Position numbers and translations under genes: made by a program. A model generated the notes under the pieces. It saw only the letters and a list, made by a program, of their open reading frames with translations, was not told where the DNA came from and made no database searches. Positions 10,479 to 20,035 of a DNA stretch of 64,000 nucleotides are shown one piece after another. Position 1 is the first letter of the stretch, and each line of letters begins with the position of its first letter. The stretch comes from an uncultured candidate division Zixibacteria bacterium (GTDB taxonomy: Bacteria; Zixibacteria; MSB-5A5; UBA10806): contig CAWDFP010000006.1 in assembly GCA_963801605.1 (NCBI GenBank), positions 256,001 to 320,000 of the forward strand, in the 5' to 3' direction.

Positions 10479-11957
10479 TTATTTCAAGAAAGACAGCTTG
10501 GTTGTCTGCGTCTGGGAATCGCCCTGCAGGCGTACGAAATAAGTTCCGCTGGCAACCTCTCCTCCGGCCTCATCGCTGCCATCCCAGATGATTTGTCCGG
10601 AACCGGCCGGCTGATAGCCGCTGAGCAGGGTTTTCACTTTTCTTCCCAGAATATCATAAATCGCCATCTGATATTGGCCGGCATCAGGCAGATTGAAACT
10701 TAACAGGGTCGATCTGTTGAATGGGTTGGGGTAGCCTGAAAGCGTAAGGACGGTTTTGGATTGGATCACGTCGCCGCCTGACTGAGCCCCATTCAAATTA
10801 TAGACGGGAGTAATTGTCTGACCGTTATTATCCGAAAAATCGGCGCTTTCTATGCTGAACGGCCGGCCGTCGGGACCCTCGGGCTGATCAAAATGAAGAC
10901 TAAAGAGCTTGCCGCCGGTGAAGGAATTGTTGGAGGCATCCCAATTTACTATGGTGATTCTCAAATAGCCATCCACGAAATTGCAGTACATCTGCATATA
11001 GGCGGCATCAGGAGCCAGCGCTATTTCGCTGGGCGTAACACCGTTGTCGGGCAGATAGATTATAAAGGATGCTCCTCCCAGTGGAATATTATTTTCGATA
11101 GAGATATCATAATTTTCGCCGGATGGCGAGAGCGATAAAGCCTTAGGCGGCGCGCCTTCGGGCTCCCAATTAGAACCGCCTAATGGCATATCGGGCCAGG
11201 ATCTATCCAGAATGGAATCCTGGGTCACTACCCTGAGCAGAAAAACCAGATCCGCAATCGTGGCCTGAACGCCGTCGCGGTTGCAATCGGAGTTGGCATA
11301 CTGACAGCGATTGAAATGGGCGGTACCGTTAAAAAAGTTGAGAAATAAAACGGCATCAGCGATTTCATAGGGATAAGTGTTGAGATTTATATCGCCGTAG
11401 AGCGGATGTTTAAGAATCATATCTCCCTGGTGCAGGATAAGCAGAGGGGGATTGACCCGATCGTTGGTTTCCAGAACGATAAAATTATCGGGATAAGGAG
11501 TTACGGGATCCTCGTAATATCCGAAATGGGTCAAAAAATCATAACCGATATCCCTGGTGGACACCACAAAAGATATCCAGGCAATGGTGGTATCGCCTCG
11601 CAGCGGAGCCACTGTGGGCGGAGGCGGTAGATCGGTTACCAGGCTCATTTTGATTTTTCCCGGAAGGCTCAGATCATAGGTAAAACTTTGAAAGAACATG
11701 TTGGGCGCCATCAGGGTGGGAGTCAGAACAACGGGATCATAAGTGATAATGAGATTGACTCGAACCGTAGGCCGTGATACCGAAATTTTGATGGGCACAA
11801 AATATTGAGGGTCTCCCAGGCAGGCATCCATAGGTGCGCCGAAGGAAATATCATAATTTTCGGTAATATGCGGCGGTTCACCGGGACGGAGATCGGCCCT
11901 ACAGGGAATCCAGAGTAATCCCGTTAATAATCCGATCGCTATAAGTGTCCGCTTCAT
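10479..11957 (-). CDS. Secreted cohesin-like / dockerin / cohesin-like protein with FlgD-Ig/T9SS-type CTD
   Basis: MKRTLIAIGLL signal peptide. Cohesin-like VPIKISVS..LIITYDP. Internal dockerin GDINLNTYPYEIADAV / SDCNRDGVQATIADLV. CTD YPNPFN..IYDILGRKV..VASGTYFVRL..KLSFLK. Confidence 0.75.
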   Translation of the reverse strand: MKRTLIAIGLLTGLLWIPCRADLRPGEPPHITENYDISFGAPMDACLGDPQYFVPIKISVSRPTVRVNLIITYDPVVLTPTLMAPNMFFQSFTYDLSLPGKIKMSLVTDLPPPPTVAPLRGDTTIAWISFVVSTRDIGYDFLTHFGYYEDPVTPYPDNFIVLETNDRVNPPLLILHQGDMILKHPLYGDINLNTYPYEIADAVLFLNFFNGTAHFNRCQYANSDCNRDGVQATIADLVFLLRVVTQDSILDRSWPDMPLGGSNWEPEGAPPKALSLSPSGENYDISIENNIPLGGASFIIYLPDNGVTPSEIALAPDAAYMQMYCNFVDGYLRITIVNWDASNNSFTGGKLFSLHFDQPEGPDGRPFSIESADFSDNNGQTITPVYNLNGAQSGGDVIQSKTVLTLSGYPNPFNRSTLLSFNLPDAGQYQMAIYDILGRKVKTLLSGYQPAGSGQIIWDGSDEAGGEVASGTYFVRLQGDSQTQTTKLSFLK

Positions 11958-11974
11958 CCTCACCAGCCTCAATC

Positions 11975-14900
11975 CTACAAGCCGTCGGAATTAAGCTGAC
12001 CAACCGGCACAATTTTAATGTCGGTCTTCCCGCCTATTAACAATGGCGGCGGAGGTCCGCCCTTAAAATAGTTTAGCAGATAAACAACGTCAAGCCCGTT
12101 AACGACGCCATTGCCGTTAGCGTCGGCGGCCTCCATTACAGGCGGCCGCGGTCCACCTTTGAAGTAGTTGACCAGATATATGACATCTAAACCGTTAAGT
12201 TCGCCGCTATTATTGGCATCACCGCGGATATAAGTTATAACGGTAAATACGATCCGCAAGGAATCCGTAAGACCAAGAGGATCGGTTGCCACCAGAGTTG
12301 CTACTGTATCGCCATGCTGCAGGGGTTGCGGTATCCAGTATAGGGCAGCCTGATTGTTGCCATGATCCGTCAGGGTCATGCCGAATGGCAAATTGTAAGC
12401 TGATGTTATAGTCAGCAAGTCGCCATCATAATCGGTAGCCGTAAGGGTAATATTCAGGGTATCGTTGGCTCTCATGCGGTGATTCGGTTCTCTGGCGAAT
12501 ATAGGCGGATGATTTCCGGCCAGGATTACATTGATAACTACCAATTGCGAATCCGACATGGCTGGATTGCTTCGATCGCGACATCCGAGGTAAAGATTAT
12601 GAGTCCCGATATCGGCAATTCTCGGGCGCCATTGAAGCGTGCCAGAGCCCTGATTGTTATCCAGGAAAGTTGCCGAGTCTGGTTTTCCCCGCTGGAATAG
12701 GATTGGCGGTATGGAATCGGGATCGGTGGCAACGAAATTTATCGTGATCAAGAATCCATCGCCGAGAGTCGTATCGGCCGGGATATAACCGAGAATCGGC
12801 CGACGATTGACATTAAGGATTGTGATGCGGACGGTTCTTATGGTGAAAATATTCGGATCGACAGCATCGACCGCAATGAACCGCGCTGAATCAACCCCCG
12901 CCTGGAAATAACTGGGATTGAAATTGAAGAATCCGGTACCGTCGCCGTTATCCACGAAAGATGCGTTAGGCGGGATATGTCCCACAGTGAGATGCGAGAT
13001 AGTAGCGTCTTCATCATGCGATACCACCGTGAAGGCCAGATTGGCGCCCTCATTGACCGTGAAGGGTCCGATGGAATCTATGGTCGGAGCTCTATTAATA
13101 TTTATTACATTAATGCTGACTTCGGCAGAATCCGCCACGTCGGGATATTCTCTATCTATGGCGAGGAAAGTAACATGATAGGTTCCATTCTGGGAATAGC
13201 TGGGCGAGAACGTAAACAATCCTCGGCCATTACCGCTATCAGCAAGCGTCGAATTCAGGGGCATATTATGGGCAGTAAGGATTGGCACTATGGAATCGGG
13301 GTCGGATGAGGAAACGCGGAGACGCAGAACCATTCCTTCGTTTATGGACCAATTGGACATGGGAGTGATTCTTGGTCTCTGGTTACCGGCTTCCAGCACC
13401 GTTAGGGTTGTGCTTTGAGTATCTGCGTACTGACCATCGGAGGCCAAAAACGACAGATTGTAAACTCCGGCCTGATTATAGAGGGCGTGATAATTTAGCG
13501 ATCCGTGACCATTAGTCGAATCTATGAAAACCATATTACTCAAAGCTCCGATGATGCTGAGCGCGGGGCGAGTCGAATCGGGGTCTGTGGAGATAAGGTG
13601 GATTGCCAGACTGTCGCCCTCGGTAATGGTAAATGCGCCGATCGGATTTAATGTCGGCGGTTGATTGCCTAAATCGTGTATCTGGATGAGGCCCGGCTTG
13701 GTATCGATGAGATTTCCGTCGGTAGCCGCGAAATTTATGATGTAGATACCGCTCTGGGTATAATCGGGGTGGAAGATAAAGCGCCCGACTCCGCCGCCAA
13801 GATCCTCGAATGTGGAATTGACGGGAATTCGCGGCTCGGTTAATGAATTGATAAACAAAGTCACAGGATCGCCGTCGGGATCAATTGCATGGAGGGCCAG
13901 AGTAAGCGTATCACCCTGATCAATCTCGCTTGGCGGGACCTGTTGAAGCAGGGGCCGGCGGTTAACATTATTAATTCTGAAATGAACCCATCGATTTGCC
14001 GAAAGAGGCGGCACATCGCTATCGACCGCCACAAAGTAAGCTGAATCCACTCCAGCTTGATTAAAAGCCGGCTGGAATACAAAACGTCCGATTCCATTTC
14101 CGATAATGGTAAGAGTGGCGTTGGGCGGCATATAGCCGTGGGTTAGAGAAAGGGTCCCGGGCTGGTAATCGGTTGAATCGTAAACCACAACAGTATCGAC
14201 CAGAGCGACACCTTCGGCAACAACGGTATCTCCCCTGAATGAAATCCAGGGCGCGCGATTGACATCGGTGACGGTAATAGCGACATCCTCATAATCCGTG
14301 AGACCGCCGTTATCCATTGCGATGAATCTGACCGAATGCACTCCCGCCGAGTAATAATCCGGATGGTAAACAAAGCGTCCGGTGCCATTGCGATTATCTA
14401 CAAAGCTTGAGAAGCCGGGAGGATTATCCAAATATAAGAACGGAATAAAACCCTCAGGATCGACTGCCGAGACATTGACAACTAAAGAATCGCCCTCGGC
14501 TACTGTCCGCGGTCCGATGGGAGCCAGCACAGGGTATTGGTTCCCCTGCTCAGCCACATAGATTCTGGTGGCGGCCGAATCGAAAGCAACGCCATCGAAG
14601 GCGCGAAACATGATTACATAATTTCCGGCCTGCTGGAAATTGGGATGGAAATTAAGAGTTCCGGTTCCGTTGGAATTATCCACGAAAGTCATATTGGTAT
14701 AAAGCGGCACGGCCGAAAGCGCCAGCGGATTGCCATCGGCATCTGTAGCCGCGATATTTACCCTGAGTGACTCGCCTTCAGTTACATAATAGGCGGTGTC
14801 GATACTCGCCAAGCGAGGGGCCTGGTTTCCGGCATCGAGAACAGTTATTCGGACGATTTCTGAATCGGCCAGAGAGCTATCCGCGGTAATAAAGGTAACG

Positions 14901-17900
14901 TCATAGATACCGCTTTGCATAAAGTTCGGCCTGAATCCGAAATTAGCGGTGCCGTTTAGGTTATCAACAAAAACCATATTGGGAACGAGCGGAACGGCCG
15001 AAAAAGCGATAGTATTACCATCGGGATCGCTTGCGGTAATGCTAAGAGCCAGCGAATCACCCTCAGTGATGGTTTGCGCACCAATCGGGGAAAGTATCGG
15101 CGCGCGATTAATATTATTGACAGTAATAATAACATGTTCGGAATCAGCTAACATGCCATCCGTGGCGAAGAAGTTGATGGTATCAACTCCCGCCTGGTCA
15201 TAGCTCGGATTGAACGTGAAGGTCCCGGTCCCATTTCCATGATCCAGATAGTTGGCGTTAAGCGGTAAATTCAGCGCTCCCATCATCGGATCATTTCCAT
15301 CAGCGTCGCTGGCAGTTACAGTAAACTGCAGCAGTTGCCCCTCGTTAACCGTTTGAGGACCGATCGGAGCTAACACGGGACTTTGGTTGCCGGATTCGAT
15401 AGTTGTTATTTGAACGCTGAGAGTATCGGAATCCAAGCCGTCGCTGGCGTAGAAATCTACAAATGTAATTCCTGATTGCGTGAAATCAGGCTGATAGCGA
15501 AATACGCCGGTTCCGTTACCGCTGTCGGCAAAGGTGGCATTTAAGGGCAGGTTAGCGGATGTCAGGATAGGTATCTGGCCATCGGCATCAGTAGCATGTA
15601 CCGCGAATATCAGGGTTCCGCCCTCAATGATGGTTTGATTGGGAATGGGGTTGATAACCGGCGGTTGATTGCTGCTTGAGACTGTTATATGTACCAATTC
15701 GGAATCGGCAGAGATACCATCGAATGATGTAAAAAGAACATAGTAATCGCCCTGCTGATTAAAATCAGGTGCGAAATTGAAAACGCCGTTACCATTGGTG
15801 GAATCATAGAACGATGCATTAAGCGGCAGTTGATAAGCTGAAAGCACGGGGATATTGCCGTCGAGATCGTACGATTGCACCACAAATTCCAGATGCCCGC
15901 CTTCGCTAACGCTATGAGGGCCGATAGTAACCAGCACCGGAACACGATTTACGTTAAGAACTGTGACCGGAACCAGTTCAGAATCTGCGGCAATGCCATC
16001 ACTGGCGATAAAAAGTAACTGATAAATTCCGGATTCGAAGAAATTTGGATAAAAAGCAAAGTGGCCGGTGCCGTTTAGATTATCTACAAAAGACGCGTTG
16101 GCGGGAAGTCCCGAAACAGTCAGTATCGGGAAAGTTCCGTCCGCGTCGGTGGCACTGATATTAAATACCAGACTATCGTTTTCAAAAACAGATCTTGGTC
16201 CGATCGGGGCTAAAATTGGAGGCTGATTACCAGCGTCGTTTACGGTAATTTGGACATATTCCGAATCGGCCAGAGGACCAATCGAAGCGATAAAGAGAAC
16301 AGTATATATTCCGTTTTGAGCATAATTGGGAGCGAATCTGAACAGCCCGTGGCCATTAAGCGAATCGGCAAACGTGGCGTTCAACGGCAGCGGACTGGCG
16401 CTAAGATGTGGAAGCGAGCCATCCGGATCGCTTGATGTCACTACAAACTGCAACATGGCACCCTCGTTTACTACCCTTGGACCGATAGGATCCAGAACCG
16501 GCATCAAGGGGGTATTAAGCACAGTCACCTGCACCCAAAGGGAGTCATATAGCGAGCCATCGAAGGCGCGGAAGAGAACGTTGTAGCTTCCGGTCTGATT
16601 AAAGCTTGGATTGAAAATAAACGAACCCCGTCCATTACCGCTATCGGCAAAAGCCGAATTGGCCGGTAAATTGAATGCTTGAAGGGCGGGAATAGTGCTA
16701 TCGGGATCGTGACCTACAATTTCGAGAGCCAGACGCTGACCTTCATAAACTGTTTGCGGAGGAATGGAATCAAGCACCGGCGCCTGATTGCCGGCATCAA
16801 GTACCGTTATCCTGACAAGTTCCGAATCGGCTAAAGAACCGTCAGATGCAATAAATCTGATATCGTAAAATCCGGATTGAGTATACCCGGGAGTGAATCG
16901 AAACACACCGGAGCCGTTCGTGGAATCAACGAAAGTGGCATTTGTGGGAAGATTCTGAGCCACCAAAGTCAGCGACTGCAAATCGGGATCGGTGGCCGAA
17001 GTCCTGAAGCTGATCGTACTGCCCTCGATGACTGAGCGGTTTCCAATCGGATTTAAGACCGGCGGACGGTTGACATTATTTACGGTGATATTGACATTTT
17101 CCGAATCAGCGAGAACGCCGTCACTGGCGATAAATAAAACAGTATATGGACCAGCCTGAGTGTAATCAGGATCGAATACAAACAACCCGCGGCCATTGAG
17201 GCTATCTGTGAAAGCGGCATGCAACGGCAAATTGTGGGCAGTTAAGGTGGGGATTTGACCGTCGAGATCGGAGGCTGAGACAATGAAACTCAAACGCTGG
17301 TTTTCATTGATAGAATGAGGTCCAATGGGATTCAATACCGGCGCTGCATTGGTATGCAGTACGGTAACGCTGACGATCATCGTATCTCTCAGAGCCGGGC
17401 TATTTGAAGACGCAAAAAATGAAAGATTATAGGAGCCCTCTTGAGTTAGATCGGGGCTGAAAACAAGCCTTCCGGCGCCGCCGCCGAGATCGGTAAATGT
17501 CGCATTGGCGGGCAGAGTCCCGCTGGTCAGCGTGATGATATCGCCATCAGGGTCCGAGGCGCTTAAATTGAGATTTAAAGTCTGGCCCTCGGATAAGCTT
17601 TGCGGGGCAACATCGATGAAGACGGGCGCTCTATCAACGTTAGTTACAGTGATATTGACCAGTTCAGTATCAGCCAATGCATTTGAGTTCGCAATGATTG
17701 TAACTTGATATGGGCCGGCTTGAGTATAATTCGGATCGAATATCAGTGAGCCAATACCGCCGGTTGAATCGTGGAATACAGCATTGCCTGGAAGATTGTG
17801 CGCCAGAAGCGTGATCGTATCGCCATCGGGATCGGTTGAAGCGACCCTTATGGCTAAATGCCCGGCCTCCGGTATGGTTTGAGGAGAAATCGGAGTAATG

Positions 17901-19948
17901 GTTGGAGCACGATCGATATTGGTCACGGTTATGTTTACATATTGAGTATCAGCCAAAGCATTAGAATTCGCGATTAATCTTACCTGATAAGGACCAGCCT
18001 GACTGTAATTAGGATCGAAAATCAAGGCTCCAACTCCACCGGTAGAGTCGTGGAATGAGGCGTTGGTTGGAAGCTGTTGGGCAAGTAAAGTTATAAGATC
18101 GCCATCAGGATCAGAGGCGGCGATTCTCACTGCCAAATGACCACCCTCGGCAACGCTCTGCGGGTTGACAGGGGTGATAACGGGCTTGCGATCGACGTTG
18201 GTAACGGTAATAGAAACAATCTCGGTATCGGCGAGAGTATTCGAGTGTGCAATGATACTAACCTGATAGGCCGCTGCTTGAACGTAACTGGGATCAAATA
18301 TTAGACCCCCTCTGCCACCGGTGGAATCAACGAAAGAAGCGTTGGCTGGAAGATTTAAAGCAGTCAGTGTTATAACGTCACCGGCATCAGGATCAGTTGC
18401 CGAGATCCGAACTGCCAGATGGCCGCCCTCAGGTACCGTTTGAGGCGGCACCGTGGCGATCACAGGTGGACGGTCTATTGCGGTAACTGTAATGGGAACA
18501 AGTTCGGTATCGGCCAAACCGCCTGCATTGGCGATAAATATAACCTGGTAGTTGCCGTTCTGAGTGTAATCCGGATTAAAAATGAATCCACCAATTCCTC
18601 CGGTGGAATCGTGGAATGAGGAATTTAGCGGCAGTTGCTGTGCAAGCAAGGTAACGATATCGCCATCCGGATCAGCAGCCGTAACTCGAATCTCCAGATG
18701 CCCGCCCTCGGCGACGCTTCTGGGACCGATGGTCGTAAAAACCGGCGCTCTATCGACATTGGTTACCGTTATATTAACAATCTGGGTGTCTGCCAAAGTA
18801 TTGGCGTTAGCTATAAGCCTGATCTGGTAGCCCCCCGATTGAGCATAATTGGGATCGAAAATCAAGCTACCAACGCCTCCAGTGGAATCATGAAATGCGG
18901 CGTTAGTCGGGAGTTGCTGAGCAAGAAGAGTAATGATATCGCCATCGGGATCAGTAGCGGTTACTCTTAACGCTAAATGTCCACCCTCCGGAACTGATTG
19001 GGCCGATACAGGTGTAATTACCGGTTTGCGATCAACGTTAGTTACCGTGATATTGACAAGCTCTGTGTCCGAAACAACGTTAGAGGTAGCGATAATCCTG
19101 ACTTGATAGCCTCCGGCTTGAGCGTAACTCGGATCGAATATTATACCACCAACTCCGCCCGTAGAATCGTGGAATGTAGCATTTGCCGGCAAATTCTGGG
19201 CGCTGAGTGTAATTGGATCTCCATCCGGATCCGAGGATGTAATTCTTACGGCCAGATGACCGCCTTCAGGCACAGTCTGAGGAGAAACCGGCGCAATAAC
19301 CGGCGCTCTATCGGTGTTGGTGACTGTAATATTGACCAGTTCCGTATCCGCCAAAGCGTTCGATGTCGCTATAATCCTGACGGCAAATAATCCTGCCTGG
19401 GTATAATCGGGACTAAATATAAGGCCACCAACGCCGCCCGTAGAATCGTGAAAAGAAGCGTTCGCGGGAAGCTGCTCCGCATGAAGAGTTATGATATCGC
19501 CATCGGGATCGGTCGCGGTAGTCCTGACGTTTAATATCGCACCTTCAGCCACGCTTTGGGCGCCGATTGAAGTAAGCACCGGGGCGCGATCAACATTAAT
19601 TACGGTAATATCGACGAGCTCGCTATCCGCCGAACCGGCGGTATCGCTAACGATGAAGCGAACTTGATATAGCCCTGCCTGGGAATAGTCCGGTAAAAAT
19701 GTGAATCCGCCGACACCACCCGTGGAATCATTGAAAGTTGCATTGGTCGGAAGCGATTCAGCAACCAGGCTGATAATATCGCCCGCATCGGGATCGCTGG
19801 CAGTGACCCGAATATCTAAACGGCCACCTTCGTTCACAGATTGAGCCCCGATCGGCGCGAGGATCGGAGCATTATTTTGGGCCAGTGACGTTTGAGCAGA
19901 AAACAATATTCCACTGAGTGCTATAGCGAGAATTATCAAGCGCCTCAT
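11975..19948 (-). CDS. Giant secreted repeat protein (27 cadherin-like/tandem-95 Ig repeats) with C-terminal dockerin
   Basis: Signal peptide. 27 repeats of ~96-98 aa, counted by eye (N/D-x-x-P-V-L...V-x-E-G...A-x-D-P-D-G-D...LPxNAxFxD...F-x-P-x-Y-x-Q-A-G). Dockerin GDANNSGELNGLDVIYLVNYFKGG / ADANGNGVVNGLDVVYLLNYFKGG. Confidence 0.92.
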   Translation of the reverse strand: MRRLIILAIALSGILFSAQTSLAQNNAPILAPIGAQSVNEGGRLDIRVTASDPDAGDIISLVAESLPTNATFNDSTGGVGGFTFLPDYSQAGLYQVRFIVSDTAGSADSELVDITVINVDRAPVLTSIGAQSVAEGAILNVRTTATDPDGDIITLHAEQLPANASFHDSTGGVGGLIFSPDYTQAGLFAVRIIATSNALADTELVNITVTNTDRAPVIAPVSPQTVPEGGHLAVRITSSDPDGDPITLSAQNLPANATFHDSTGGVGGIIFDPSYAQAGGYQVRIIATSNVVSDTELVNITVTNVDRKPVITPVSAQSVPEGGHLALRVTATDPDGDIITLLAQQLPTNAAFHDSTGGVGSLIFDPNYAQSGGYQIRLIANANTLADTQIVNITVTNVDRAPVFTTIGPRSVAEGGHLEIRVTAADPDGDIVTLLAQQLPLNSSFHDSTGGIGGFIFNPDYTQNGNYQVIFIANAGGLADTELVPITVTAIDRPPVIATVPPQTVPEGGHLAVRISATDPDAGDVITLTALNLPANASFVDSTGGRGGLIFDPSYVQAAAYQVSIIAHSNTLADTEIVSITVTNVDRKPVITPVNPQSVAEGGHLAVRIAASDPDGDLITLLAQQLPTNASFHDSTGGVGALIFDPNYSQAGPYQVRLIANSNALADTQYVNITVTNIDRAPTITPISPQTIPEAGHLAIRVASTDPDGDTITLLAHNLPGNAVFHDSTGGIGSLIFDPNYTQAGPYQVTIIANSNALADTELVNITVTNVDRAPVFIDVAPQSLSEGQTLNLNLSASDPDGDIITLTSGTLPANATFTDLGGGAGRLVFSPDLTQEGSYNLSFFASSNSPALRDTMIVSVTVLHTNAAPVLNPIGPHSINENQRLSFIVSASDLDGQIPTLTAHNLPLHAAFTDSLNGRGLFVFDPDYTQAGPYTVLFIASDGVLADSENVNITVNNVNRPPVLNPIGNRSVIEGSTISFRTSATDPDLQSLTLVAQNLPTNATFVDSTNGSGVFRFTPGYTQSGFYDIRFIASDGSLADSELVRITVLDAGNQAPVLDSIPPQTVYEGQRLALEIVGHDPDSTIPALQAFNLPANSAFADSGNGRGSFIFNPSFNQTGSYNVLFRAFDGSLYDSLWVQVTVLNTPLMPVLDPIGPRVVNEGAMLQFVVTSSDPDGSLPHLSASPLPLNATFADSLNGHGLFRFAPNYAQNGIYTVLFIASIGPLADSEYVQITVNDAGNQPPILAPIGPRSVFENDSLVFNISATDADGTFPILTVSGLPANASFVDNLNGTGHFAFYPNFFESGIYQLLFIASDGIAADSELVPVTVLNVNRVPVLVTIGPHSVSEGGHLEFVVQSYDLDGNIPVLSAYQLPLNASFYDSTNGNGVFNFAPDFNQQGDYYVLFTSFDGISADSELVHITVSSSNQPPVINPIPNQTIIEGGTLIFAVHATDADGQIPILTSANLPLNATFADSGNGTGVFRYQPDFTQSGITFVDFYASDGLDSDTLSVQITTIESGNQSPVLAPIGPQTVNEGQLLQFTVTASDADGNDPMMGALNLPLNANYLDHGNGTGTFTFNPSYDQAGVDTINFFATDGMLADSEHVIITVNNINRAPILSPIGAQTITEGDSLALSITASDPDGNTIAFSAVPLVPNMVFVDNLNGTANFGFRPNFMQSGIYDVTFITADSSLADSEIVRITVLDAGNQAPRLASIDTAYYVTEGESLRVNIAATDADGNPLALSAVPLYTNMTFVDNSNGTGTLNFHPNFQQAGNYVIMFRAFDGVAFDSAATRIYVAEQGNQYPVLAPIGPRTVAEGDSLVVNVSAVDPEGFIPFLYLDNPPGFSSFVDNRNGTGRFVYHPDYYSAGVHSVRFIAMDNGGLTDYEDVAITVTDVNRAPWISFRGDTVVAEGVALVDTVVVYDSTDYQPGTLSLTHGYMPPNATLTIIGNGIGRFVFQPAFNQAGVDSAYFVAVDSDVPPLSANRWVHFRINNVNRRPLLQQVPPSEIDQGDTLTLALHAIDPDGDPVTLFINSLTEPRIPVNSTFEDLGGGVGRFIFHPDYTQSGIYIINFAATDGNLIDTKPGLIQIHDLGNQPPTLNPIGAFTITEGDSLAIHLISTDPDSTRPALSIIGALSNMVFIDSTNGHGSLNYHALYNQAGVYNLSFLASDGQYADTQSTTLTVLEAGNQRPRITPMSNWSINEGMVLRLRVSSSDPDSIVPILTAHNMPLNSTLADSGNGRGLFTFSPSYSQNGTYHVTFLAIDREYPDVADSAEVSINVININRAPTIDSIGPFTVNEGANLAFTVVSHDEDATISHLTVGHIPPNASFVDNGDGTGFFNFNPSYFQAGVDSARFIAVDAVDPNIFTIRTVRITILNVNRRPILGYIPADTTLGDGFLITINFVATDPDSIPPILFQRGKPDSATFLDNNQGSGTLQWRPRIADIGTHNLYLGCRDRSNPAMSDSQLVVINVILAGNHPPIFAREPNHRMRANDTLNITLTATDYDGDLLTITSAYNLPFGMTLTDHGNNQAALYWIPQPLQHGDTVATLVATDPLGLTDSLRIVFTVITYIRGDANNSGELNGLDVIYLVNYFKGGPRPPVMEAADANGNGVVNGLDVVYLLNYFKGGPPPPLLIGGKTDIKIVPVGQLNSDGL

Positions 19949-20035
19949 CTATTTACCTCATTTTGATTCAAATTTTCAATCCGCATTCGAAAACTCGAAG
20001 TAATTCCTATGCAAAAAATCGCAACCGCGCGATTC

